The notes below the pieces were generated by a model. The model saw nothing but the letters and a program-made list of their open reading frames with translations, did not search any database and was not told the origin of the DNA. Shown piece by piece: positions 40,055 through 53,289 of a stretch of 64,000 nt of DNA (its first letter is position 1; the number at the start of each line of letters is the position of its first letter). A program made the translations under genes and the position numbers. Origin of the DNA: Eledone cirrhosa (Eukaryota); the NCBI GenBank assembly GCA_964016885.1, contig OZ024743.1:349990001-350054000 (forward strand), given 5' to 3'.

Positions 40055-40058
<4 letters not shown>
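35736..40058. mobile_element. Penelope-like element forming a giant palindrome (1.46-kb arms)
   Basis: 35844-37304 is the reverse complement of 38593-40058. RT ORF 37465-38928 (YRDD) and GIY-YIG 38995-39420. Tail 35736-35843. (TA)n flanks. Confidence 0.93.
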
Positions 40059-40133
<75 letters not shown>

Positions 40134-40154
40134 TAAATGAAGTAATTCCGTCGG

Positions 40155-40445
40155 AAAAGTCCAGGAAAAAAGAGTTTTTAAGATCCAAATTCAATAAACA
40201 AACCAGGATTTTTTCGTTCTGAGGATTGAAAGCAAAACCTTTTGCTTTTAAGAAACCACTGGTAAATGGAATAATTGCCTTATGTTGTTTATTACATAAT
40301 AAAAAAGTCCAGGAAAAAAGGTTTTTAAGATCCAAATTCAATAAACAAACCAGGATTTTTTCGTTCTGAGGATTGAAAGCAAAACCTTTTGCTTTTAAGA
40401 AACCACTGGTAAATGGAATAATTGCCTTATGTTGTTTATTACATA

Positions 40446-40450
<5 letters not shown>
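40155..40450 (+). repeat. Two tandem copies of a ~147-bp unit
   Basis: Near-identical duplication, also seen as a 49-aa repeat in the ORF track. Each unit has CTGAGGA-TT-GAAA-GCAAAA-CC-TTTTGC-TT. Confidence 0.85.
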
Positions 40451-41167
<717 letters not shown>

Positions 41168-41501
41168 TGCGTGCGTGTGTGTGTGTGTATTTACTCCTGA
41201 TGAAGGACTAACTTCTGCTACATTTAGGCATTGCATTTTTCCCAACGAGCGCGAAACTAATAAGGCTGAGTAATTTAATCTTTGGTGGTCTTTTATCAAT
41301 CTTGAACTATATATATATATATATATATATATATTAGTAAAAGGAAAAGAAAATGCTGACAAATTGTTCCCAGTGAAAAATATTTTAATTGGGAATAAGT
41401 AAAAATTAGTAATAAGTACTGGTTAGTTTTAAGTTTTTACCGCTTGCCCATTACTAATGCTTTTTAAAAATAATTTTGAGATAGAGCGCTCGTGATGTTT
41501 G

Positions 41502-41585
<84 letters not shown>

Positions 41586-41589
<4 letters not shown>

Positions 41590-41842
41590 ATATTAACAAA
41601 TGGAAACTATATTTATAAAACCATATTTATTTCATTATACATATTTCAAGGGCCACCAGAGCAAACTATGGTGCGCTTTCATCAGATAAAATATAATATA
41701 TTTTTCTTTTATAAATAAATATTGATATACCCTTAAAAAATGCAACCATTCTGGTTGGAATCTCCAATAATTTGTTGAGCGCTTTATATCAGTTATAAAA
41801 TATATTTTGCTTGTTGTATCCCAACAAATTAAATATAACCTC

Positions 41843-41845
<3 letters not shown>
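41586..41845. repeat. Interspersed repeat in (TA)n, related copy at 23785-23917
   Basis: Both ends match 23785-23917 in reverse complement. Confidence 0.6.
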
Positions 41846-41920
<75 letters not shown>

Positions 41921-41925
<5 letters not shown>

Positions 41926-42672
41926 GAAAGGTATAGAAATTGTTGTAGCGAGATGCTAACAGTATTCCACAACATATATGCGACTATAGCATCAAAATGG
42001 GAAAAATAGTTAACGTAAGATGTGGGAAAAATAATTCAAGCTCATCTCAAAGAGAGTCAGGATATAAATTTATCCACAGAATTTAGTGAAATCCATGGAA
42101 AAATCAATGGAGCCTTAACTCATGATAAAATAAAGTCTAAAATACTCATCCTTCAATTTGGAAAAACTTCAAGTGCTCTGTATAGTCTTAAAGACTATTT
42201 CATGAAAACTTTCAGTGGAGATGGTCCCGGTTGGATTTCAATCGTCAGCAGAGCTCAACTCGATAACCAGGATTCTCACAGATTTATATGCCAAAAAGGG
42301 AATTTTAAAACTGGCTAGTTCACCATCATGCGTGATTATGAAAAACGCACATGAGGAAAGACAGAGCTAGTGACGTCAGAATGAGGCGAATGTTTGTTTA
42401 CAAGAAACAACAGTCAAATACATTCCGAAAAAAACTCAACAAAAGGAATTCAGCAAAAAGCAATATTATCGCAGTTTTTATTAAAAAAACCGGGATTAGT
42501 CACAAATAATTTAAGCACTCTATGAAAAAAATCCGAGTATAAATATATAAATGAAAGGTATAGAAATTGTTGTAGCGAGAAGCTAACAGTATTCCATAAC
42601 ATATATGCGACTATAGCGTCAAAATGGGAAAAATAGTTAACGTAAGATGGGGGAAAAATAATTCAAACTCAT
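41921..42672. mobile_element. Element with ~125-bp direct repeats 627 bp apart (terminus also at 10383-10436)
   Basis: taaatgaaaggtatagaaattgttgtagcgag.. at 41921 and 42548. CTGACGA-TT-GAAA on the minus strand at 42236-42248. Confidence 0.65.
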
Positions 42673-43270
42673 AGCTAAAATAGTAATAGTTTAATAGATT
42701 GAATCTAATAGATCAAATAATACTACTATCATATTTATTCGTTTATCCATATATTTCAAAAACCGTCCTAAGGCTCAGAAAATTACTAGCACCATCATGG
42801 ACTAGAGTCAGAAGAAGCTGTTGGTAATTGTCGATTATGTATTTACTTTAAGCTTGATGTTAGCTTTTGCCACATGAATTCGTCAATCGGCCCCAAATTC
42901 TAATTGTCTAATCCAACAGTTAATTTCATGTTCCTAATTCAATATAGACCTTCACACTTTTCTAGATGAACATAGTTCCGACCCAGTTAGTCAAGATAAA
43001 CATCATTGTTTTGTTTTTTATTGTGTAATTCTTACAAGCAAACATAAAGTATAAGTTGCTTTTACTCCTCATATACAGCTCACTCTATTTAGACCTCAGA
43101 TATCTCAAAGAAAGACTGAAATCGATATAACGTTTTTTCACCTACCAAACTACTCATCTGCTTAATTGAAACAAGATTATTACTGATTATTATTGTAATT
43201 GTCGTCACTTTCTTATGGTGGATGTTATTGTTGATTAAAGAGGTCATTATTTTGACATATTTTTTTACAG

Positions 43271-43451
43271 AGATTTCATGGAACTCGGCTCCAGTCTTCC
43301 CTGGACACAGTCTCTGAAGCGTCTGACGGAAACGGCAACGATTTCATCTCGGCCAATTTTGGATTATTTCCATCCTTTATACGAATGGTTGAAAAACAGC
43401 AATGATGAATTGGCAATCGGTGATTTGAAGCAACAAAGGAAATCTGTTTGA
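43271..43451 (+). CDS. ACE: ACE-like terminal coding exon (DFMELGSSLPW...YFHPLYEWLKNSN...RKSV*)
   Basis: ttttttacag/ acceptor, in phase. LG.S.PW and YF.PL..WL motifs, TGA at 43449-43451. Confidence 0.9.
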
Positions 43452-43469
43452 TACACTATATACTATTGC

Positions 43470-43475
43470 AATAAA
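43470..43475 (+). promoter_or_regulatory. Candidate polyadenylation signal of the ACE-like gene
   Basis: AATAAA 18 nt after the stop codon. Later AATAAA sites also exist. Confidence 0.4.
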
Positions 43476-43652
43476 TGATGAATAGGACGTTTAATTTTGC
43501 TAGAACTGAGATCAATCCTCTTTCAAACAAAACCGCAGTAAAATATATATAGATATATATGGGTTTTTTTTATTCTGACATAAATGGCGACAGATTTGTT
43601 CATAACCATTTTGCAGAATATGAGTTGCATATGAAGTATTTATTCAAGCCTC

Positions 43653-44147
43653 ACATACATACATTTATACGTACTTACAAACATAATACATAAATACATG
43701 CATATGTACATGCATACATACATGCATACATACATGCACACATATATGCACGCATACATAAATACATCATACATATATTATGCATACATACATGCATACA
43801 TAAATACATACATACACATACATACATACATACATATATACATACATACATACATACATCATACATATATCATACACACATACATCATACATGCATCATA
43901 CATACATCATACATATATCATACACACATACATACATACATACATACATACATAAATACATACATACATACATACATACATACATACATACATACATACA
44001 TACATACATACATGCATGCATGTATGTATGTATGCATACATACATACATACATACATACATACATACATACATACATACATACATACATACATACATACA
44101 TACATACATACATACATACATACATACATACATACATACATACATAC
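43653..44147. repeat. (CATA)n-rich microsatellite
   Basis: Visible array. Confidence 0.9.
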
Positions 44148-45539
44148 CGGCAAATACAAACAAGAACGAATCTATAATAGGATGGCGATGCCTAATTATA
44201 TTGTTACTCTTAAAAATAAAAATAAAATATCAGTTTGGATTTCATGTTTTGAAAGTCTTCGTTTATTGAAATTACTTTTGCAACAATAACAAGAAAAGCT
44301 GTAATAACAATAAATATTACAACCGCAGTGCAACATCATTATGTATTTTGAATAAAATCACCCAGTGAAGAGGAAATTCTTCTATGTTGCTATTTCTACC
44401 TTACTTTGTGAAACAGTATTCTCAATATTCATTGAGATATTTTCGTGCCTTGTCAAATAAATATAGTAGTGAGTTATGTGATGAATATAATGTAACGTTA
44501 GGAAGATATATAATTACTCTATAAATATAGTTAATGTCAAACTATGGTCGATTCTTAGATGTAGTCATAGTATATATGACTTGTATAGTTTTACAGTATG
44601 TATCTAGTCCCCATATCAATACAATATAATGTCCCAATGACACAGGGTAACATTGAACAAATGTATTCTCGATGTGGATATATTCACAACTTCAACAATT
44701 TACAGAATAGATCTATCTACAGTGTATTGATGGAGTATAGATATAGCCACAGTCTAGATATATTTAATCTATGTAAAAATTTCCATGGTATTATTTCAAA
44801 TTGGCTTAGCAGGAATTTCGCTTTTTACTAAAAAAAACCCAAATGGTCGGGTAAATACGAATAAGACTATACTTATTAAACTTGTAGCAATTCATTACAT
44901 CTTCCTCTGTAAAGCAAAATTCATTCTGTAAGCAATTTGGATGCCGAGGCTGTCTCCTTTGCCTTTCATGTCAAGAATGTCATTAAGGCTAAAGATTTTT
45001 TTTCATTGCGAGTGTGATTTTGATGCATCAAAAATTGTTTGGCTGATTACATTAAACATTTTTAATATCACTTAATATTAGAACTACACCCAAGAACCAG
45101 ATAGGATTGCTAAGTTGGGCGACGGATGAAATCTACCACTCATCTAGGGCACAGCAAGATTTCAACATTCCAAGTGCCCAAACGATTCGGCCAATCTACT
45201 ACTTTAGACTGATGATGTATTCATCGATCCAGGAACGTAAGGAGGCAAAATAAATTCGGGAGCGGTAATTAGTGCCATGCTTCAATGCCACCATCATTTG
45301 GACTCAAATTTTACATCTTAATAAAGACAATCACTTCATCAGTTTCAGCTTTAATAACTTTAAGCTGAAAGGAATTGCAGGTGAAAGTTAATTGCTGACG
45401 TGCCTTCTCCTATGTGTAAAGAAATGTTTGTTATTGCAAAGTGGGTCACCATTGAGAACGATAGTGTGTAACATGAACGGCAACTCCAGCTACAGCTTCA
45501 ATAGTAACAATACTTAGGTGCTCTATTTAAAAGGTTATA

Positions 45540-46920
45540 TATGGGTCTGCAACCTGTCCTGGGAGGCGTGGGAAGGACGCACAACGATTGCGTATCCCGA
45601 GACCCCAAAATAGTGTCCGGAATGGAGCAAACCAATTGCAGCCAGGAACATCACAATCCTTACAGGTAAGGAGTAGGAACTAGTGGAGGAGGCTGGATGC
45701 TACCGGTTAGATATAGTCGGGTTTCCTCAACAAAGTTCCGTATCTCTGACACTGTAGATTTGGATGGAAGATAGAAACTCTACTATTCAGGTAGAGCGCC
45801 AGAGATGACTGCATAGGCGGGAGTGGGAATACTCACATGGCTCCAGCTGTCAGAGTGTGTTATGGACTGGATCCCACTAGGAGGGAAGATTTGATCCGTG
45901 AAGCTTAGGCTGAAAGATAGGTCTCTGTGGGTGGTGCAAGTTCATGCATCAAACAAACCTTGATGAAGTCACTGCAGCGTTAGATGAAATTAAGACTGAG
46001 TAATGTACCCTGATGGGACACATTAATGCACATGTTGGCACTGACAACCTGACATGGAAAGGATTGATTGGAAGGAATGCTGACACCGATCTAAATACGA
46101 ATGAAGAGGCCTTATTATACTTCTGGTCTATCAATGGTCCCTCTATTATAAACATCTTCTTCCAGCAGAGAGACATCCATGAATATATATGGGATAAAGG
46201 GAATCAGGGACAGAGATCAATAATTGATTTTGTTTTTGTTTCTGATCTCTCTTTGATTCTGTCCTGGATGTTCATGAGAAGAGAGGGGCTGAGTGAGTTG
46301 TGAACTGATTACCATCTAGTTATCTGCAACTTGAGATTACTGAAAATCAAAGAAGCTCAGAAAATTGGCAGATCCAGGGGTGATGATGGATAAGGTAGTC
46401 TGAACCAGGTATGCAGATACTAATACATCCAAATGTAGAGAACTTCCTGGGAAAACTGTGGCCGTTGAGACAGAGCGGAGATTGTGCAGCTCAATAGTTT
46501 CTGCTTCAGCTGTTGGGAGAAAGGAGCTTGGTGTGGTGCCAGATGGCAGGAGGACCCCGTGGTTCAATCAAGAAGTCAAAGATGCTATCCAAGCAAAGAT
46601 TGTAGCCTACAAAACTTGACTTGGAAATAACTCATTCTCCGAATTGAGAGATATACAGCTCCGATATTATGGACATGTGGTTAGAATGACTCAGGAAAGA
46701 ATCTCTGGAGAGATTTTACGGGCAAAAACCAACGGGCAGGAGATCCCAGCGGTAGACTCTGAGCATGATGGTTGGATAACATCTATGGGCTTGGCTTGCC
46801 TCGCTTCGGGAATCCAGCCAGATCTATTGTAGACGGTTGCTTCTGACAGGACCCGCTGGAAGGAGTGTCTGAGAACTCTGACCCCATGACCCTCTCAGGA
46901 ATAAGTGGGCGAAGAAGATC
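45540..46920 (+). mobile_element. Highly degraded RTE-like LINE with large internal deletion
   Basis: Remnants NITILTGKE..YRLDIVG, GHINAHVG, RSIIDFVFVS, TDYHLV, TPWFNQEVKDAI, QLRYYGHVVRM. Confidence 0.7.
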
Positions 46921-47139
46921 TATTGGAGCTATTCAACAGGCAGTGTTCGCTTCGACAAATGTTTCCCTTGACGCTACTTCTATAAGTTTGGACTCTGAAC
47001 ATTTGCTAAAAGTGTTCTATGATAGACGGGGATCTCGTTCAAAACATAGCATAGAAAGTAGCTGCCTTCATACACATTTATTATTAAATTTATTAGTTAT
47101 TAAATTTATTAAATTTATTATTTATTAAATTGAACTTTT

Positions 47140-47585
47140 CGGTCGGCGGATTGACAGTATTGGTAGAGCATCGGAGCGAATTCTTTGCGACATTTAGTTA
47201 TGATTTTCTACCTTCTGAGTTCAAATTTTACCGAAGTCAACTTTGCACTTCATCTTTCTGGTCTCGATAAAATAAAGTACCTGTTAAGAGCTAACGTCAT
47301 TACCATTGACTTGCTGCTTTCCTGAAATTGCTGGCTTTGTGACAATCTTAGAAGGAATTATTTGGAAAGTCTGCGAAAGAGTCAACCCATCTAACACAAT
47401 GACTAGAGATTCTACAGATATAATCTGGTATTGTATTCAAATCCCGCCGAGATCAACTGAGCCTTTCATCATTCCGGTATCAGTCGATAAGTTAAAATAC
47501 CAGTTAAATACTGGCGTCAGTATAATCGAATTTCCTTTTTACCCTAAAATGATGGCCTTGTAACAATGCTAGAAAGCATTATTAA
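47140..47585 (+). repeat. Two tandem tRNA-derived SINE copies
   Basis: ggcggattgacagtattggtagagc..gagttcaaat..gataaaataaagtacc. Confidence 0.65.
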
Positions 47586-48084
47586 ATTGTGCTCTAATTA
47601 GCTTAAGTATACTATAAATTTGTATCTGTATAGAAACAGTGCAGGATTTAATCAAAACTGAAAGAAAAGTGTATGCAAACACACACATTTATATGTGTAA
47701 TGTCTTGGTCACGTACATCTTTGTAGACTAAAAAGATGAACAGCTTGAGTTTCACTTCTTTATAATCATCTCTCCGAATCCACAGTTAAATAGGCAACTA
47801 ATTGATATGCCAATTTGCATGTTATTACTGCTTTCGATGGTAACTAATTCAATTATATATTAAATTATGTAATGAGCAGCTGAATCATATTATAAGAAGT
47901 ACAGGATTTAATCAATGCTTCAAAAATGTGTATATAAAACACAGACATGTTCCCATAATTCTCGAGTAAGTTGTTGGAGCGCCGTATGGGTATACAGCGT
48001 TTCTAGAACATTTTAAAATCTGACGGAGCCCGTAACTCTCTAAGGTCGGAATTCAGCAAATTTCTTCTAGAGAAAGATAGAAGA

Positions 48085-48280
48085 ATGAGAGAATGAAAGT
48101 GAGAAAGAGATATAGAGGAAGAATCGACCCCAATACTAGACTGGTACATTTTTATTGATCTTGAATGGATGAAAGGCTAAGTTTACTTCGGCGAGATTTG
48201 ACCTCGGAGAGTAGAGAGCCAAAACGAATACCGCAAAGCATTCTATCCGTTGTTCTAATGATTGCCAATTCGCTGCCTAC
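48085..48280 (-). repeat. SINE copy in reverse orientation
   Basis: actggtacattttattgatc..ggatgaaaggctaagtttacttcggcgagatttga is the reverse complement of the SINE body. Confidence 0.6.
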
Positions 48281-49574
48281 ACGTATATATATATGAATAT
48301 GTAAACATATAAAGAAGTTTAATAAAATATGCAAACTGGCACATCTCCGCTGTTATTGGCACATTTGATGGGTTTATTAGGTTGTTAAGTACATATTTCT
48401 CTGTTGATTAAGCTATTTGTGTTTTAAATCTTGGAGAAATACGTAAATAAGTGTTTTTTTACTAATTTACTTAAATACATGCGTGCGTTTACGTACATAT
48501 TTCTTGCAGCTTCAGTAAAATCCAATATTGTATCTTTACAGATACAAGTTTACGAATTTCTTATCACCTTTTATAGTTCCTGACATAACTAATTCCAATT
48601 ATTGGCCTCTAAACTTTAGAAATTTATTATATTGCCAAAGAAGTGAGGATGAACCAACTCAAGTTGATTTGTTTGTATTTGGAAACCTGAAGAGCTAATC
48701 TTTGGTTGAGACGAGGACTGGTTTCTGTCCAATGTACAGATAAATAGGGACTGGAGCAAGATGACAGCCAGGATCACCAATCCCACTGAGAAATGGGTTA
48801 ATCTATTCTTGAAACGTTAGGTATAAATAGTTAATAACTAATTTCTTTTTCGTACCATTTAACTACCGTAAACTTTCTTGAGTAACGTCAGGTGACGGAT
48901 GAATTATGGTTAGTTCTTAAATGTTAGAAACATCAATAATAAAGATAGAAGATAAACCTCCGTCGGTTTAGACGATGGAATGGCATACTTATGAGATTAA
49001 CGTCAAAGTGACTGAGTATTCTACTGAAACGTGTATCTTTAAGGCACAACAATATGTGACAGGTGTGCACCTTTAGATTACAGGTACAATCCAAACAGTT
49101 TACGCCTATCCACACAAAGCTTGAGGCAACAATACAAACGTAATGTCTGATTAATGAAAATATGCAGGCGGAAACTGCTTGGAGGCTCGTGCCATGATAA
49201 GTCTCTATGAGAATTACGTTAAGGATACACGTGTTCATGAAATGTTCAGCCAGTTACATTTTAATTTCATGGGTAGGTTTTTCTTTTGATTGAAAACAGA
49301 ACTTCTCGTCGATCTGATGCAAGTCCAGTCTACTCATGCTTCTGATAGCAATGTAGCTTAATTACAGGTTCTAGGTGAACTCTACTACCTTCTAGGATGT
49401 ACAAAAGAAACAAGGAATCGGACGGCCATCGCTAAAGTACTGTTCTCTACAATTATGTAAAACATCTGTTGTAGGAAGGAATCGATTATTATCTGAATTA
49501 ATGAGGAAGATTGCTCATTCGATTTCCCTTTATCTGTCAGGGGAAAACATCTGACTTGCTCCTCAAAATCTTGA

Positions 49575-50030
49575 AGATATTAATTTGATTAAAATAACAG
49601 GAAGAAGGACTGGTAATATTCCTTTACAGTTTTATTGTTGCAAAGACACTATATATATCTTTCAATGGCTTGGTTACGTAAGATCCTGGTGACGTCATTA
49701 GGTTAGAATTGCATAATTAGGGGATCAGTAAAGGAATTGCGGCAAACACGAACAGAGAATAGAGAAAATATGGGAAATATTTGATAAGGAGATGGCCTGC
49801 AAAATAGGTGTTATTTTTGCTGCAGACCATCGCCGAAATTTTAAAGAAACATTACCAAACTGGCTTCCTGTTATTTTAATCAAATTAATATTTAACTCCA
49901 TTCCGACACCAGCCATGGGATTCAACATCAACGATGGATAAGTTGCGTAACGTAGAGTCCTTTTCCTACTTATACCACATGATTAACTAAACTGAATGAC
50001 CAGTTCTATCCAGAGGTGAACAACCAAACA
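49575..50030 (+). mobile_element. Older copy of the 40480 tailed fold-back family
   Basis: Arms ~49577-49635 and ~49838-49892. Tail homologous to 40865-41018. Confidence 0.65.
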
Positions 50031-50310
50031 TAATATTTTATTATTCAGTTGGGCATAGATATGTATAATTTAGAAACATTGCATACAGGAATACTTTGAC
50101 AACGGCCAAACAGCCAGAAACAGCTGTCAGTTTCTTCCCCCTTTATTCTGCCGAAACAAGGTAGCCAGTCATCACCTTCGATATTCATAGCTAAAGGCTT
50201 TCAAATGTTTATTCGTAAACATATCGTATATTATTCGATATACAAACTTTACAAACATTTATACAGCTTTGTTTGAGCGAACATAATATTTCCCTCTCCC
50301 CGCTCTCTCA

Positions 50311-50356
<46 letters not shown>

Positions 50357-50418
50357 GCATACACACTCACACACATATATATATATATAAACACACATAT
50401 ATATATACACATATATAT

Positions 50419-50486
<68 letters not shown>

Positions 50487-50593
50487 ATTATTATTTATTA
50501 TTCTCTACATTCCTTACATCAAACTAAAATATGTTGACAATCTTTTAATAATGTCTTCCTTGCGAAATTTGTGGTCTTGTTTTGCTTAACTAA

Positions 50594-50631
<38 letters not shown>

Positions 50632-50633
<2 letters not shown>

Positions 50634-51065
50634 AGTATATGTTGGTTGTATACCAATACGTTAGTATGCAGATTGGAGCACTCGACGAAGTGCGCAGGTT
50701 GGTTTTGTTACTCCGGAGTAATGTAAAATAAAATAAAATAAAATAAATAAGTCAACTATTTAAAATTTGGCTTTGTTTATTACTGCTATATATATTTCGG
50801 TGACAGTCCGAATTAGTGTGGTAGAGACGAGTACACATGTTGTTGAGGTGTTTAACTTTGTCAATACTCAATGAAACTACAACCCAACCAGGAACTGGGC
50901 ATATCAGAGTATTGACAAAGTTAAACATGTGTACTCGTCTCTACCACACTAATTCGGAATGCCTGAAGAGGTCACAGCCAAAGATGGCTATCACCGAAAT
51001 ATATATAGCAGTAATAAACGAAGCCAAATTTTAAACATTTGACTTATTTATTTTATTTTATTTTA
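50632..51065. mobile_element. Non-coding tailed fold-back element with hammerhead
   Basis: Tail 50632-50723. Arms ~50724-50868 and ~50907-51065. (TA)n flanks. Confidence 0.8.
50958..51012 (+). ncRNA. Minimal type I hammerhead ribozyme
   Basis: TGC-CTGAAGA-GGTCACAGCCA-AAGA-TGGCTATCACC-GAAA-TATATA-TA-GCA. Intact core, long stem II, palindromic stem III, 3-bp stem I. Confidence 0.75.
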
Positions 51066-51338
51066 TATATCTATATATATCTATATATATATATATATAT
51101 ACATATATATATTCCACAATAACTTCCTTTAAGAAATACAAGGGAATTTACATTTTAACCATTCTGCTCTGAGGAAACGGTAGAAACAGCATTTGAAAAT
51201 TGAGTTTCTGCAAATAATTACAAATAATTACCAATTTGCACATAGCATGGCTAGTCTGTATAACTAATGTTGAAACATTTGTAAGCACTCGGAATAAATT
51301 ACCTTTTTTATGATGTCTACCTGTTATTATTCATTCTT

Positions 51339-51461
<123 letters not shown>

Positions 51462-52072
51462 ATATATATATACATACACAGTGGGTAACCAAGACTGCAC
51501 CACTATATATATACATAAATGTATATATATATGTGTGGGGGGGGGGGGTGTAAAAGTTAAACAGAAATAACAAAACAAACGATAGAGTACATAGAAGACA
51601 TATATTAGTTTAACGCTTGAAATAGCAGGAAAAGACTCATAACGTTTCGGACACTAGTCATTGATAAGAAGATAGAGTTCGATATAGAAGATAAATAGCA
51701 AGTAAAACGTGATAAGAGGAAGGAACGAGCAAAATATTGGGGGAAAAGGGAAGAGAAAAACACACGGGCGCTTATTAAATTTTGCTAATCTATCTCCGGC
51801 GAATTTTTATTGTACGGGATTCATATCGATACAGCAGCTGGAGAATCTAATAATTATTTTATTTTACATTAAAAATACATTATATGTGACAAAAAAAAAG
51901 AACATTACAAGAAATCCCATATTTACGAACATACACTATACAATTAGTGATTTCCCCACCACCGTTGATTCCAACCCCTCTGCTGATGAGAATTTAAGCA
52001 AATGTCCACCCACCTACTTATTCCAACTCCCCTATTATTTGGGACACGAGATTATATATATATATATATATA

Positions 52073-52228
52073 TAGTAATAATAATAAATTTGAAGACTAA
52101 AATCCAAACAGAGCTCGATAAGGATAAATATATATCAAATATATAAGAGAACCGTAGAGCAAGTTTCAGAAGATCCCGTTAAGGGTGAAAGCAGCGATTC
52201 TTTGCTTAAACTTTAATCTGTTATTTTA

Positions 52229-52234
<6 letters not shown>
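52073..52234. mobile_element. Minimal derivative of the 2802-4993 PLE: tail plus flipped arm
   Basis: 52073-52162 matches 2802-2887. 52163-52234 is the reverse complement of ~2891-2962. Confidence 0.8.
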
Positions 52235-52300
<66 letters not shown>

Positions 52301-52380
52301 ATGCGTGTGCGTTTAAGTATGTATGCATGTGTGTTCAACGTATTTTGAAATTGTGAAATATGTTTGTTATAAATTAGAGG

Positions 52381-52426
<46 letters not shown>

Positions 52427-53289
52427 AACTAGGAGGAGGAATAAGATGGAATGTCTCTAATAATCTTATGCAATACCCAATTATCGGTAAACGTCTATCC
52501 TACATCTAAGATTATAATTAAAATTTCAAGGGAAGAAACTCCTGACATACATTTAGTTTCCAAGGGAAATAAATCTTAACAAATTATGACTGGAGGCTAA
52601 TTGGCAAAGTCATTAGAAATATTATTCGCGATTTTTGTGATAAGCCTTGCTATGTTTGATCTGGTTCTTTGCGATCTGTGTTCAACCCTCACTTTTTTCC
52701 ATCTTGGGTTGTAGACGTAATCCGTCGTCCACTTTAAGAACATCAGCTCTTGAGAACGATTAGTGGAGTCGACAATGTTACAGGCATGTGGACCATGTTT
52801 CCGGTTTGAGTATATCTTCCTGCTCTCCTATCAGTTTCAGATTACTTACAAAGGATCATGAGCACTGGCTTAACCACCCACATACAAACTTGACTAAACA
52901 TTTTAAAAATCCCGTTTCATGAGGAACAGAACAAATGATAACATCTTAATACAATACCCTATTATTTTGCGCCATAATCAAGGTCAACGGTGTGTATTGA
53001 ACCACCGTCGGTTTCAATGACAAGTGTTCCAATTGTTCTAAAACGGGACAGCTTACTTGTGAAATTCACGCGCAACAGACTAAGCATTCCACAAACACGT
53101 CTACTGTGAACTTAAGTCTCCGGGAAATTCAGCATGATACAAAGTTTAATGTAGCTGGCCCTTTGAATTACAGGTATGCAAACTGGAACAACGTGAAGTA
53201 AACTTTTCTGAACCGTACAGCATATCCGTTGAAATTCGGCTCTTTTCCATTCGACCTCTATGACTCAGCGAGAGCAGCCACCACTGAGC

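Noticed and set aside
48815-49700. TATAAA (~48822) and TGACGTCA (~49690) as the promoter of a downstream gene
   Set aside because: No downstream exon or ORF was found, such motifs are expected by chance in AT-rich DNA, and the CRE site lies inside a repeat.
51165-51195. CTGAGGA..GAAA hammerhead candidate
   Set aside because: No convincing stems or NUH site.
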